Source: a bacterium
GTDB taxonomy: Bacteria; Hydrothermota; Tepidihabitantia; Tepidihabitantales; Tepidihabitantaceae
Assembly: GCA_046485285.1 (NCBI GenBank)
Contig: JAWOHE010000086.1
Location: 1-26,164, forward strand
Direction: 5' to 3'
DNA: 26,164 bases
The notes below the pieces were generated by a model. It saw nothing but the letters and a program-made list of their open reading frames with translations. It had not been told where the DNA came from and did not search any database. The translations under genes were made by a program, and so were the position numbers. The stretch's first letter is position 1; the number at the start of each line of letters is the position of its first letter. This document shows, piece by piece, positions 16,377 to 24,256 of this stretch.

Positions 16377-16945
16377 ACCCCCTGCTCGAGCGTCTCCGCC
16401 AGGAGGGCCTGACCGTGCTCGTCGTCCGGGGTGAGGAGGAACTCTACCGTTCGACCCTGTCCGGCGTGCGGCCCCTGCTGGAGCTGTGGAGCTTGTATGC
16501 AGGAACACAGGCTGCGCCTCTTTCGGCCGGGCCCGCCTGCCGTGGCGTGGGCAGGCTCGCCGGCGCAACCGTGGCCGACCGGGTGGTCGGCGGGTGCGCG
16601 GCGCGGGTTTTCCTGCACCTGGGCGTTGAGAGAGTGTTCGCCTTGGTCGGTTCGATACCGGCCCGGGCGATCCTGACCGCGGCCGGCATCGGCTTCGAGG
16701 TCGAGCGCGGGGTGCTCGAAATCCGGAACCGGAACGGTACCGACACCTGCCCGTTCGAGCGGCTCAGCCGGCACTGCCGCCGGCCGGGAAACCTCGTCCC
16801 GGCAATGGCCCGCCTGCTCGACGCGCTCGGCCGCGGCTCAGTACGACCCGGCGCGGCCGGTGTTCCGCGCGTCGCTCCGGAACTTCGGCCAGGCGCCGTT
16901 GTCGAGCTTCCCCGAGCCGCGGACCGCCCAGAGACTGCCGGCTGA
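16373..16945 (+). CDS. DUF1893 (TM1506-like) protein
   Basis: GVRPLLEL, GATVADRVVG.CAA, S.PA..IL, I.NR.GTDTCPFE motifs; ATGA coupling to the upstream gene. Confidence 0.8.
   Translation: MNPLLERLRQEGLTVLVVRGEEELYRSTLSGVRPLLELWSLYAGTQAAPLSAGPACRGVGRLAGATVADRVVGGCAARVFLHLGVERVFALVGSIPARAILTAAGIGFEVERGVLEIRNRNGTDTCPFERLSRHCRRPGNLVPAMARLLDALGRGSVRPGAAGVPRVAPELRPGAVVELPRAADRPETAG
16530..16555. repeat. Third copy of the CCTGCC...GGCAGG repeat, inside the DUF1893 gene
   Basis: ggcccgcctgccgtggcgtgggcagg; 24/26 identical to 18688-18713. Confidence 0.8.
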
Positions 16946-18523
16946 GTCGCCGACATAGAGCACGCCGTCGGTCACGGCCACCGACCCTTCGACGTCTGCC
17001 GGCAGGGTCAGGAACCACGCGATACCCCCCTCGCCGTACGAGTCGACGGCGTACAGGCGTCGGCCCGAGCCGAAGTGGACTATCAGGTCGGAGTCGACGA
17101 GCGGCGATGAACGGACCGGCGTCACGACCGCGACCTGCCAGACCGGGCCGCCGGTCGGGTAGAAGGCGCAGATGCGGCCGTCCTCGGTGCCGACATAGAC
17201 ATTGCCGTCCGACGCGACGGCCGGCGAGGAGCGCGAACCGGCACCGACCTCCTCGCGCCAGGCCTGCGTTCCGCCCGGGTCGAGCGCATACAGCCACCCG
17301 TCGGTCGAGACGACGTAGACCTTGCCGTCGCCGCCGATGGCCGGGGAGGCGTCAACCGCGCCGCCGGTCGCGTGCCGCCAGAGCAGCGCGCCGTCAGAGT
17401 CAAGCGCGTAGACGTAGCCGTCACCGGAGCCGAAGCAGACCGAGCCGCCCGGGCCAAGCGCCGGGGATGACCTGACCGCCCCGCCGGTCGCGTGGCTCCA
17501 GCGCAGTGACCCGTCCGGGCCAAGACAGTAGAGATGTCCGTCGTCCGACCCGACATAGACGGCGCCGTCTTCTCCAAGCGCCGGCGAGGAGTTGATTTCG
17601 CCGCCGGTCAGCCAGGTCCAGCGCGGCCCGCCGGCGGCGCTGAGACAGTGGACCCTTCCGTCTGCCGCGCCAAAGACAATTGAGCCGTCGTCCCCGACCG
17701 CCGGCGAGGACAGCACCGGCGCGCCCGCGTCCTGGCTCCACACTTCGACGCCGTTCGCGTCCACGCATCGCAGGAACCCGTCGCCTGCCCCGAAGAGGAC
17801 CCGGCCGGCCGCGTCGATGGCCGGGACCCCGGCCACGGCGGCCCCGGCACCGGTCTCGAAACGCCAGAGCACGACGCCAGGACCGTTGATGTCGCGCATC
17901 GCCACCCTGAGCGTCTCCGACCAGGCTGACGCGAGCCCGGGGCGGTCGAGCGCCCGGACCGTCACCTCGAAGGTGTCGGTGCGCGTCCAGGCGTGGGCGA
18001 GCGTCGCGTACCGGCCGGTTTCATAAAACGCGGTCGTCTCGACCACACCGTCACCCCAGTCGAAGACGTAGCGGATGTCGTCGGCGTCGAGGTCGGTCGC
18101 GACAGTCGTGTAGGAATGGCTCGTGTCGGTCCAGCCCGAGCGTGGCCCGTCGGGCCGGGTCGGCCGGCGCGGCGGGTTGCCGACAAGCACCTCGAGCGGC
18201 TCCGACCAACCGGACAGCGCCTCCTGCGCGTCGCGCGCCTGCGCGGCGACCTCGTAGCGCCCGACCTGCCGCCAGGCGTGGCGGAGCGACGCGGTCTCGC
18301 CCGCGCCGACCCACAGGCTCCAGCCCGAGGTATCGCCATCGCCCCACGCGCACCGGAAACTCACGCTGTAGTCCTCCGGGTCGCGGCTCGAGAACCGAAA
18401 CTCGGCCGAGTCGCCCGGCGCGACCGCGGTCGGTCCGGACGGGACCGCCGGGGTGTCGGGCGGCCGGTTGCCCGGGCACGCGATGATGAACAGACAGACG
18501 GAAATCAGCAAGGCCCTGGTCAT
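16838..18523 (-). CDS. Lipoprotein with two PKD-like domains and a PQQ/BamB-type beta-propeller
   Basis: Lipobox-like MTRALLISVCLFIIAC; two N.PP.TP..P.GP...WGDG repeats; repeated SSPA.G.DG.VYVGS.DG.LY blades; GGAGG RBS at 18531-18535. Confidence 0.85.
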   Translation of the reverse strand: MTRALLISVCLFIIACPGNRPPDTPAVPSGPTAVAPGDSAEFRFSSRDPEDYSVSFRCAWGDGDTSGWSLWVGAGETASLRHAWRQVGRYEVAAQARDAQEALSGWSEPLEVLVGNPPRRPTRPDGPRSGWTDTSHSYTTVATDLDADDIRYVFDWGDGVVETTAFYETGRYATLAHAWTRTDTFEVTVRALDRPGLASAWSETLRVAMRDINGPGVVLWRFETGAGAAVAGVPAIDAAGRVLFGAGDGFLRCVDANGVEVWSQDAGAPVLSSPAVGDDGSIVFGAADGRVHCLSAAGGPRWTWLTGGEINSSPALGEDGAVYVGSDDGHLYCLGPDGSLRWSHATGGAVRSSPALGPGGSVCFGSGDGYVYALDSDGALLWRHATGGAVDASPAIGGDGKVYVVSTDGWLYALDPGGTQAWREEVGAGSRSSPAVASDGNVYVGTEDGRICAFYPTGGPVWQVAVVTPVRSSPLVDSDLIVHFGSGRRLYAVDSYGEGGIAWFLTLPADVEGSVAVTDGVLYVGDSAGSLWAVRGSGKLDNGAWPKFRSDARNTGRAGSY

Positions 18524-18524
18524 G

Positions 18525-20774
18525 TCAATCCCTCCGCGGTCGTTTCGTCCTGTGCGGCCGTGCGTTCTTCTGCGCGTCACGGCGCCCGGCGCCAGGTTTG
18601 CGGCCGGGCCAGACCGAGCCTGGCCGGCGCGGCCGCGTGTCCCATTCCTCGCCGCGAGCGTGCCCGGCTGGACCGCGGCGGCCGTCCGGCCCGCCTGCCG
18701 CGGCGCGGGCAGGGCGGCGGTCAGCGCCGGGGCGCGGGCCGGGATAGTCCCTGCGTCGCTTGAACCCGCGCGCATCGCCGTCACGCCGGCCCGACGCGGT
18801 CCCGGGACGCGACGCCCGACGGCCCGGCCCGCCTGCCGCGGCGCGGGCAGGGCGACGGTCGGAGTCGCGCACCCAGTCACCCGGCGCTGCGCGCCGGGAG
18901 TCCGTTCCGGAATCCGAAAGGAACCTCTCATCTGGTCCGCGCCGAAGGCGCTGCTTCCCAGCGGCCGGGCCGCCGGGCGCGTCTCTCTTCTTTCTCACCG
19001 GCCGTTCTTCCTCTGCGCCCTGGACCCCTGCCAGGAGCTGGACTCGCCGAAGCAGGTCCCTGCACCCCATCCGCTCGAGCTCGCGCTCGGCGAAGGCCCG
19101 GTTGGCCGGGACGTGCAACTGCAGGAGACAGCGCTGGAGCCGCTGTTCCTCCGGGCTCCGCGCGACCTCGACCTTGTCCCCGGTCAGCGGGTCGCGGCCG
19201 GTGTGCCAGACCGCCGCGGAGAGGGTCATCGGCAGGGGGGTGAACTGCTGGACCTGCCGGATCCTGATTTTCTCATCCCGGACGAGGTGTTCGGCGAGCT
19301 CGACCGCGCTGTCGGCCGTCGCGCCCGGGTGGCCGCTGATGAAGTAGGGTATCAGGTACTGCTTGAGCCCGAGCTTCTCGTTGACCCGCCGGAACCGCTC
19401 CCGAAACTTCTGCCAGTCGCCCGGCGCGTACTTGCGCATCCGCGCGAGGACCTCGGCACAGACGTGCTCGGGCGCGACCCGGAGCTGGCCGGAGACGTGG
19501 CTCCGGCAGAGCTGTTCGAGGTAGCCAAGCCCGGCCGCGCCGTCGAGAAGGTCGAAGCGCAGACCGGAGCCGACCGTGACCTTCCTGACCCCGGGGACCT
19601 GCGCGACCGCGGCGAGGAGCGCGAGCTGACGGTCGAGCGCGAGGCGGAGGTTCGGGCAGGGCTCGGGCCAGAGGCAGTCGCGGTCCGCGCAGACCGCGCC
19701 GCGTTTCATCCGGGCGCAGGTCGCGCCGTACATGTTGACGGTCGGGCCGCCGACGTCGGTGATGTGGCCGCGGAAGTCGGGCAGGAGCGCGATGGCGGCC
19801 GCCTCGCGGACGACCGACGCCTCGGTCCGCCAGCCGATGATCCGGCCCTGGTGCGCGCGGAGCGAACAGAAGGCGCAGGAGCCAAGACAGCCGCGATGCG
19901 AGGTTATCGAGAACGCGACCGTCGCGAGCGCGGGCACCGGTTCCGGGCATGACGGGTGAGGCAGGCGGGTATACGGGAGGTCGTAGACCCGGTCGAGGTC
20001 CGCGCCGCTGAGCGGGGGCCCGGCCGGTTCCTGGACTACGAAGCGGTTGGCGTGGGGCTGGACGACCGGCCGCGCGCTCTCGAGGTACCAGGCCCGGAAC
20101 GCCTCGTTGAACCGCCCCGCGTCGTCGCGCGCGGCCTCGTACGAGGGCAGGACGCAGGCGTCGCCGGCCGGCATCTCGCGCCGGATGACGCAGGTGCCCG
20201 GGATGCCGTCGAGCGGCGCGCCGGCGTCGAGCCGGCGGGCGATTTCGACCGCCGCCAACTCGCCCATCCCGTAGACGAGGATGTCGGCGCGGGTGTCGGC
20301 GAGGAGCGAGGGCCGGACGCGGTCGTCCCAGTAGTCGTAGTGCGCGAGCCGGCGCAGGCTCGCTTCGACGCCGCCGAGCACCAGCGGGACGCCGGGGAAC
20401 GCCTCGCGCAGGCGGTTGGCGTAGACGGTCGAGGCGCGCGGCGGGCGCAGGCCGGGCCTGCCGCCGGGCGAGTAGTCGTCCTCGCGGCGGCGCTGGAACG
20501 ACGGGCTGTAGTTGGCGACCATCGAGTCGACGTTGCCGGCGGTGACCGCGAACGCGAGCCGGGGACGGCCGAGCGCGGTGAAATCCGCGGTCGAGCGCCA
20601 GTCGGGTTGGGAAATCACCCCGACCCGGAACCCGGCGTCCTCGAGGACCCGGGCGATGACCGCGCTTCCGAACGCCGGGTGGTCGACGTAGGCGTCGCCG
20701 GTGACGATGATGATGTCGCAGGCGTCCCAGCCGAGCGTGCTGAGCTCCTCGCGGCCGGACGGCGGGAATGGCAT
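18525..20774 (-). CDS. ygiQ: YgiQ (UPF0313) family radical SAM protein with a long low-complexity C-terminal tail
   Basis: DIIIVTGDAYVDHPAFG, GNVDSMV, GGVEASLRR.AHYDYW, RGCLGSCAFC, DVGGPTVNMY, LRVAPEH, PYFISGHPG, QVQQFTPLPMT. Start re-called to ATG 20774 (TGATG overlap). Confidence 0.9.
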   Translation of the reverse strand: MPFPPSGREELSTLGWDACDIIIVTGDAYVDHPAFGSAVIARVLEDAGFRVGVISQPDWRSTADFTALGRPRLAFAVTAGNVDSMVANYSPSFQRRREDDYSPGGRPGLRPPRASTVYANRLREAFPGVPLVLGGVEASLRRLAHYDYWDDRVRPSLLADTRADILVYGMGELAAVEIARRLDAGAPLDGIPGTCVIRREMPAGDACVLPSYEAARDDAGRFNEAFRAWYLESARPVVQPHANRFVVQEPAGPPLSGADLDRVYDLPYTRLPHPSCPEPVPALATVAFSITSHRGCLGSCAFCSLRAHQGRIIGWRTEASVVREAAAIALLPDFRGHITDVGGPTVNMYGATCARMKRGAVCADRDCLWPEPCPNLRLALDRQLALLAAVAQVPGVRKVTVGSGLRFDLLDGAAGLGYLEQLCRSHVSGQLRVAPEHVCAEVLARMRKYAPGDWQKFRERFRRVNEKLGLKQYLIPYFISGHPGATADSAVELAEHLVRDEKIRIRQVQQFTPLPMTLSAAVWHTGRDPLTGDKVEVARSPEEQRLQRCLLQLHVPANRAFAERELERMGCRDLLRRVQLLAGVQGAEEERPVRKKRDAPGGPAAGKQRLRRGPDERFLSDSGTDSRRAAPGDWVRDSDRRPARAAAGGPGRRASRPGTASGRRDGDARGFKRRRDYPGPRPGADRRPARAAAGGPDGRRGPAGHARGEEWDTRPRRPGSVWPGRKPGAGRRDAQKNARPHRTKRPRRD
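18686..18860. repeat. Two copies (18686-18722, 18824-18860) of a 37-bp CCTGCC...GGCAGG palindromic repeat
   Basis: ccggcccgcctgccgcggcgcgggcagggcgRcggtc; one mismatch, 138 bp apart. Confidence 0.9.
18880..18954. repeat. Coding palindromic element, copy C (ygiQ tail)
   Basis: cccggcgctgcgcgccgggagtccgttccggaatcc...tccgcgccgaaggcgctgc; same two hairpins and the same gttccggaatcc core. Confidence 0.88.
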
Positions 20775-22519
20775 CAGTGCTTGCGCGGGATATTTTCCCA
20801 GGGCATCTTCGCGCCCCGGTGCTTCGCGCCGGGCGGCTGGACGGAAGACGGACGCTCGGTCCCCGGTCGCGCGTCGGGCCGGCCGCGGTGCGCGGCGCGG
20901 TCCTCGATGACCTGCATGTCCCGGGTCCGCGCGCGCCAGCGCTGGATGATGCCGTCGACGTCGGCATCGGGCAGGCCCTCGGCCCACCAGCGGTCGTAGT
21001 CGATGTCGGCGCTCGAGGGCTGAGGGTCGGGCATGTCGACCATCACCCGGGTCGGCAGGGCGACCGAGTTGCCGAGGATGACCGCCTCGCCGGTCCGGAG
21101 CGCGGGCAGCATCGCGATCAGCCCGGTCGCGGTGTCGGGCACGAGCCGGCGGACGTAGTCCTGGTCGTCGGGGTTGGTCAGCCGCATCGCGAGGAAGTTG
21201 TTGCACTGGGCAATCACCGTCTCGGACAGCTCCTTCGGCCGCTGGGAGACGACGACCGCGCCGACGCCGTACTTCCGGCCCTCTTTCATTATCCGCTCGA
21301 CCGCGGCGCGGCAGGCCCGGTAGCGGTCGTCATCGCGGTTCGGGATGTAGCTGTGCGCCTCCTCGTAGACCATCAGGATCGGAAACCGGCGCCGGTCCGG
21401 GTTCCAGAGGTTGAACTCGAAGACGATCCGCGAGACGACCGCGACGACGACGCCGACCGCCTCGTTCGGCACGCCCGACAGGTCGACGACCGTCATCCGC
21501 TTGCCGGTGTCGACGCTCAGGAAGTCGCGCAGGAGCCGGGGCAGGCTGTCCGCTCCCTTGTAGGCGCGGCACTTGAACATGAAGTCGTAGCGCGGGTCGC
21601 TCATCCGCGAGTCGAAGCGGATCAGGAACCGGTCGAACACGCCGTAGAGCGGGCCGGGAACGACCCGGCCCTCCGGGTCCGGCACCATCTGGATGTTCCA
21701 GTTCCGGAGCTGGCCGAGCAGTTCGTCGATGTCGAAGTAGACCGGCGAGTCGACCATCACCGACGACCCCAGCCCCATCCGCTCGGCGACGTCGGTGCTC
21801 TGGCGGGCGCGGACGATGCAGTCGCGCAGGACGGTTATCTGGTTCTTCGCGCTCGCCTCCATCCGGTCCACCGCCAGGTCTTGGAACTCGTCGAAGCTCA
21901 GGATCCAGTAGGGCAGCTCGACGTCGTCGGCGTGGATGGCGTTGACGCTGTCCGGGAACGCGCGGGCGTACTCGCCGTGCAGGTCGAGCACGACGATGTG
22001 GGTGTGTGGATACTTCCGGATGACCGACTGGAGCATGCTCGCGACGGTGTACGACTTCCCGCAGCCGGTCGAGCCGACCACCGCGCAGTGCTGGCCGAAG
22101 AACCGGTTGACGTCGATGTAGGCGCGCTGGTCCGGCGCCTGCGACAGCGAGCCGAACGAGAAGTCGAAGTGGACGAACTCGGCGAATATCGTCCGGAGCT
22201 CCGACGACGTCACCATCTCGACCGGCTGGCCGACGTTCGGGTAGATCGCGACGCCCCGGACGAACCGGCCGCCGGGCTGGAGCGTACCGATCAGCACGCA
22301 GCCGGCGGTCTTCCGGCCCGCCTCCCCGGCCGGCATCCGTACGTCGGACACGATGCCGATGATGCTGTAGTCGCGGAACGGGACCTTGATGTACGACCCC
22401 GGCTGGCCGGGATAGTAGTTTTCGGACAGCGGGACGGTCGTGTCGGCGGTCAGGTCGGCGACCGCGCGCTCGCCGGAAATCTCGACCAGTCGGCCGATAA
22501 TGATGCCGGCTTCTTTCAT
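20774..22519 (-). CDS. HerA/DUF87-family P-loop ATPase with N-terminal HAS-barrel-like domain
   Basis: GQPGSYIKV (HAS-like), H.AVVGSTGCGKS (Walker A), DLHGEY, ILMVYEEAH (Walker B), EGRKYG, SQRP, D.D.V, L.TGEA. Start ATG 22519 (ATGA overlap with xseB). Confidence 0.88.
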   Translation of the reverse strand: MKEAGIIIGRLVEISGERAVADLTADTTVPLSENYYPGQPGSYIKVPFRDYSIIGIVSDVRMPAGEAGRKTAGCVLIGTLQPGGRFVRGVAIYPNVGQPVEMVTSSELRTIFAEFVHFDFSFGSLSQAPDQRAYIDVNRFFGQHCAVVGSTGCGKSYTVASMLQSVIRKYPHTHIVVLDLHGEYARAFPDSVNAIHADDVELPYWILSFDEFQDLAVDRMEASAKNQITVLRDCIVRARQSTDVAERMGLGSSVMVDSPVYFDIDELLGQLRNWNIQMVPDPEGRVVPGPLYGVFDRFLIRFDSRMSDPRYDFMFKCRAYKGADSLPRLLRDFLSVDTGKRMTVVDLSGVPNEAVGVVVAVVSRIVFEFNLWNPDRRRFPILMVYEEAHSYIPNRDDDRYRACRAAVERIMKEGRKYGVGAVVVSQRPKELSETVIAQCNNFLAMRLTNPDDQDYVRRLVPDTATGLIAMLPALRTGEAVILGNSVALPTRVMVDMPDPQPSSADIDYDRWWAEGLPDADVDGIIQRWRARTRDMQVIEDRAAHRGRPDARPGTERPSSVQPPGAKHRGAKMPWENIPRKH

Positions 22520-22881
22520 TCCTGCTCTTCGTCGTTCCCGGTCCGGTCGAGCGGCTCCTCCCGGAACAGGTCCTCGCGCTCGCGGACCAGCTTCGCGACC
22601 CGAAGCTCGGCCGCGTCGAGCCGCTGCTTGCACTGCCGGGCCAGCTCGACGCCGCGCTCGAACAACCGGAGCGACTCGTCGAGGCTCGGCTTTCCGCCCT
22701 CGAGCTGCTTGACGACGCCTTCGAGCTCGGCGAGCGCGGCCTCGAAGTCACCCGGCGCCTCGCGCCGCGGGGAATTCGGGGACATAACCGATTTGCCCGG
22801 CGCTCCGCGCCGGGAGTCTGTTCCGGAATCCTGCCGGAATTCTCCTTCTCTCCGCGCCGCAGGCGCGGCTTCCTTCTTCAT
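22516..22881 (-). CDS. xseB: Exodeoxyribonuclease VII small subunit, with a repeat-derived N-terminal extension
   Basis: FEAALAELEGVVKQLEGGKPSLDESLRLFERGVELARQCKQRLDAAELRV; ATG 22881 behind GGAGG (alternative ATG 22785). Confidence 0.9.
   Translation of the reverse strand: MKKEAAPAARREGEFRQDSGTDSRRGAPGKSVMSPNSPRREAPGDFEAALAELEGVVKQLEGGKPSLDESLRLFERGVELARQCKQRLDAAELRVAKLVREREDLFREEPLDRTGNDEEQE
22796..22869. repeat. Coding palindromic element, copy B (xseB N-terminus)
   Basis: cccggcgctccgcgccgggagtctgttccggaatcctgccggaattctccttctctccgcgccgcaggcgcggc. Confidence 0.92.
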
Positions 22882-22885
22882 ATCA

Positions 22886-24250
22886 TCATCCTCCCTCGAC
22901 CGGGGCCCCACGGCGGGTCCCGCGCACTTCGCAGTCAACGCGGCCGTCGGAGACCAGCGCCTCGAGTCGGTCGCCGGCCGCCACCTGCCCGACCCGACTG
23001 ACGACCGCGCCCGCCGGAGTCCGGAGCAGGGCGTAACCGCGGCCGATGCTCGCAAGCGGGCTCAGCGCGTCGAGCCGGGCCAGCGCCTCCCGGAGCCGCG
23101 CCCGCTGCTCGCGGGCCAGCGCCTCGACGCGCCGCGCGGCCAGCGCCGTCGCGGACTCGAGCCGCCGGCGGGCCCGCTCGAGTCGGGCCTGCGGGTTCTG
23201 CCCGGCCAGCCGCTCGCCCAGTCGGTTAGCGGCCTCGACGCGACGGTGAATCCCGGCTGCGGCCGCCGCACCGGCCCGGGCCGCTGCCCGTTCGGCCCGG
23301 TGGCGCGCATCGGCCAGCCGCGCCAGCGCCGACTCGAACGCCCGGTGCCGGGCCAGCTCGTCGAGCCGCCGTTCGCGGTCCGCCAGCGCCCGCTCGACCG
23401 CCTCGGCGAGGCGCCCGGCGAGCTCACCCAACCGCCGCTCGAGGTCGTCCCAGCCGCGGGCGACCGCCTGCGCCGCCGCGGTCGGCGTCGCGGCGCGCAA
23501 GTCGGCCGCGAAATCGGCGATGGTGAAGTCGGTCTCGTGTCCGACCCCGGAGACGACCGGCACCCGCGACCCGGCAATCGCCCGGGCGACGACCTCCTCG
23601 TTGAAGCACCAGAGGTCCTCGATCGAGCCGCCGCCCCGGCCGACGATGATGACGTCGACGTCGTCGCGCGCGGACAGCGCCCGGACGCCGGCGGCGACCT
23701 GCTCGGCCGCGCCCTCGCCCTGGACCTGGGCCGGGTAGACCAGCACCCGGACCCGGGCCCGGTGGAGCGCCAGGGTCCGGAGCATGTCCCTGAGCGCGGC
23801 GCCGGCCGTCGACGTCACGATCCCGACGGTCCGCGGCAGGGCCGGCAGCGGCCGCTTGCGTTCTTCGTCGAACAGCCCCTCGGCGGCGAGCCGCCGCTTG
23901 AGTTGCTCGAACGCCGCCTGGAGCGCGCCCAGCCCGGCCGGCTCGGCCCGGTCGAGAATCAACTGGAACCGGCCGCGCGGTTCGTAGAGGTCGAGCCGGC
24001 CGTGGCCGACGACCTGCATCCCATCCTCGAGCCGGAACTTGAGCCTGGCGACCGAGCCCCGGAACATCGCCGCGTCGAGCTGGGCGGCGTCGTCCTTGAG
24101 GACGAAGTAGCAGTGGCCGGAGGGATAGGCTTTCAGGTTGGACACCTCGCCGGTGACCCAGATGTCATGGAACCGCTCGGCCAGCATCCCGGCCACCAGC
24201 CGGTTGACCTGGGCGACCGTCAGGACGCGCGTCGGCGCTGTAACCTCGAT
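22886..24250 (-). CDS. xseA: Exodeoxyribonuclease VII large subunit; start probably upstream of the ORF-track call
   Basis: VLTVAQVNRLV, WVTGEVSN, SGHCYFVLKD, L.AEGLFD, GAALRD, VQGE.A, GRGGGSIEDLWCFNEE, SGVGHETDFTIADFAADLRAATPT, LSPL....RGY. The start codon is uncertain (see findings). Confidence 0.92.
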   Translation of the reverse strand: MEVTAPTRVLTVAQVNRLVAGMLAERFHDIWVTGEVSNLKAYPSGHCYFVLKDDAAQLDAAMFRGSVARLKFRLEDGMQVVGHGRLDLYEPRGRFQLILDRAEPAGLGALQAAFEQLKRRLAAEGLFDEERKRPLPALPRTVGIVTSTAGAALRDMLRTLALHRARVRVLVYPAQVQGEGAAEQVAAGVRALSARDDVDVIIVGRGGGSIEDLWCFNEEVVARAIAGSRVPVVSGVGHETDFTIADFAADLRAATPTAAAQAVARGWDDLERRLGELAGRLAEAVERALADRERRLDELARHRAFESALARLADARHRAERAAARAGAAAAAGIHRRVEAANRLGERLAGQNPQARLERARRRLESATALAARRVEALAREQRARLREALARLDALSPLASIGRGYALLRTPAGAVVSRVGQVAAGDRLEALVSDGRVDCEVRGTRRGAPVEGG

Positions 24251-24256
24251 GACGGG

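Noticed and set aside
16950-17880. Periodic DNA similarity (ccggcgagga..., gccgccggtc...)
   Set aside because: Explained by the protein-level PQQ beta-propeller blades.
18686-18860. CRISPR array from the 37-bp direct repeats
   Set aside because: Only two adjacent copies with a 101-bp gap, inside a CDS, and no cas genes.
18785-20883. 14-bp inverted match gccggcccgacgcg (18785-18798 versus 20870-20883)
   Set aside because: Both lie in repeat-rich tails, but a 14-mer that is nearly all G/C can arise by chance; not counted without genome-wide statistics.
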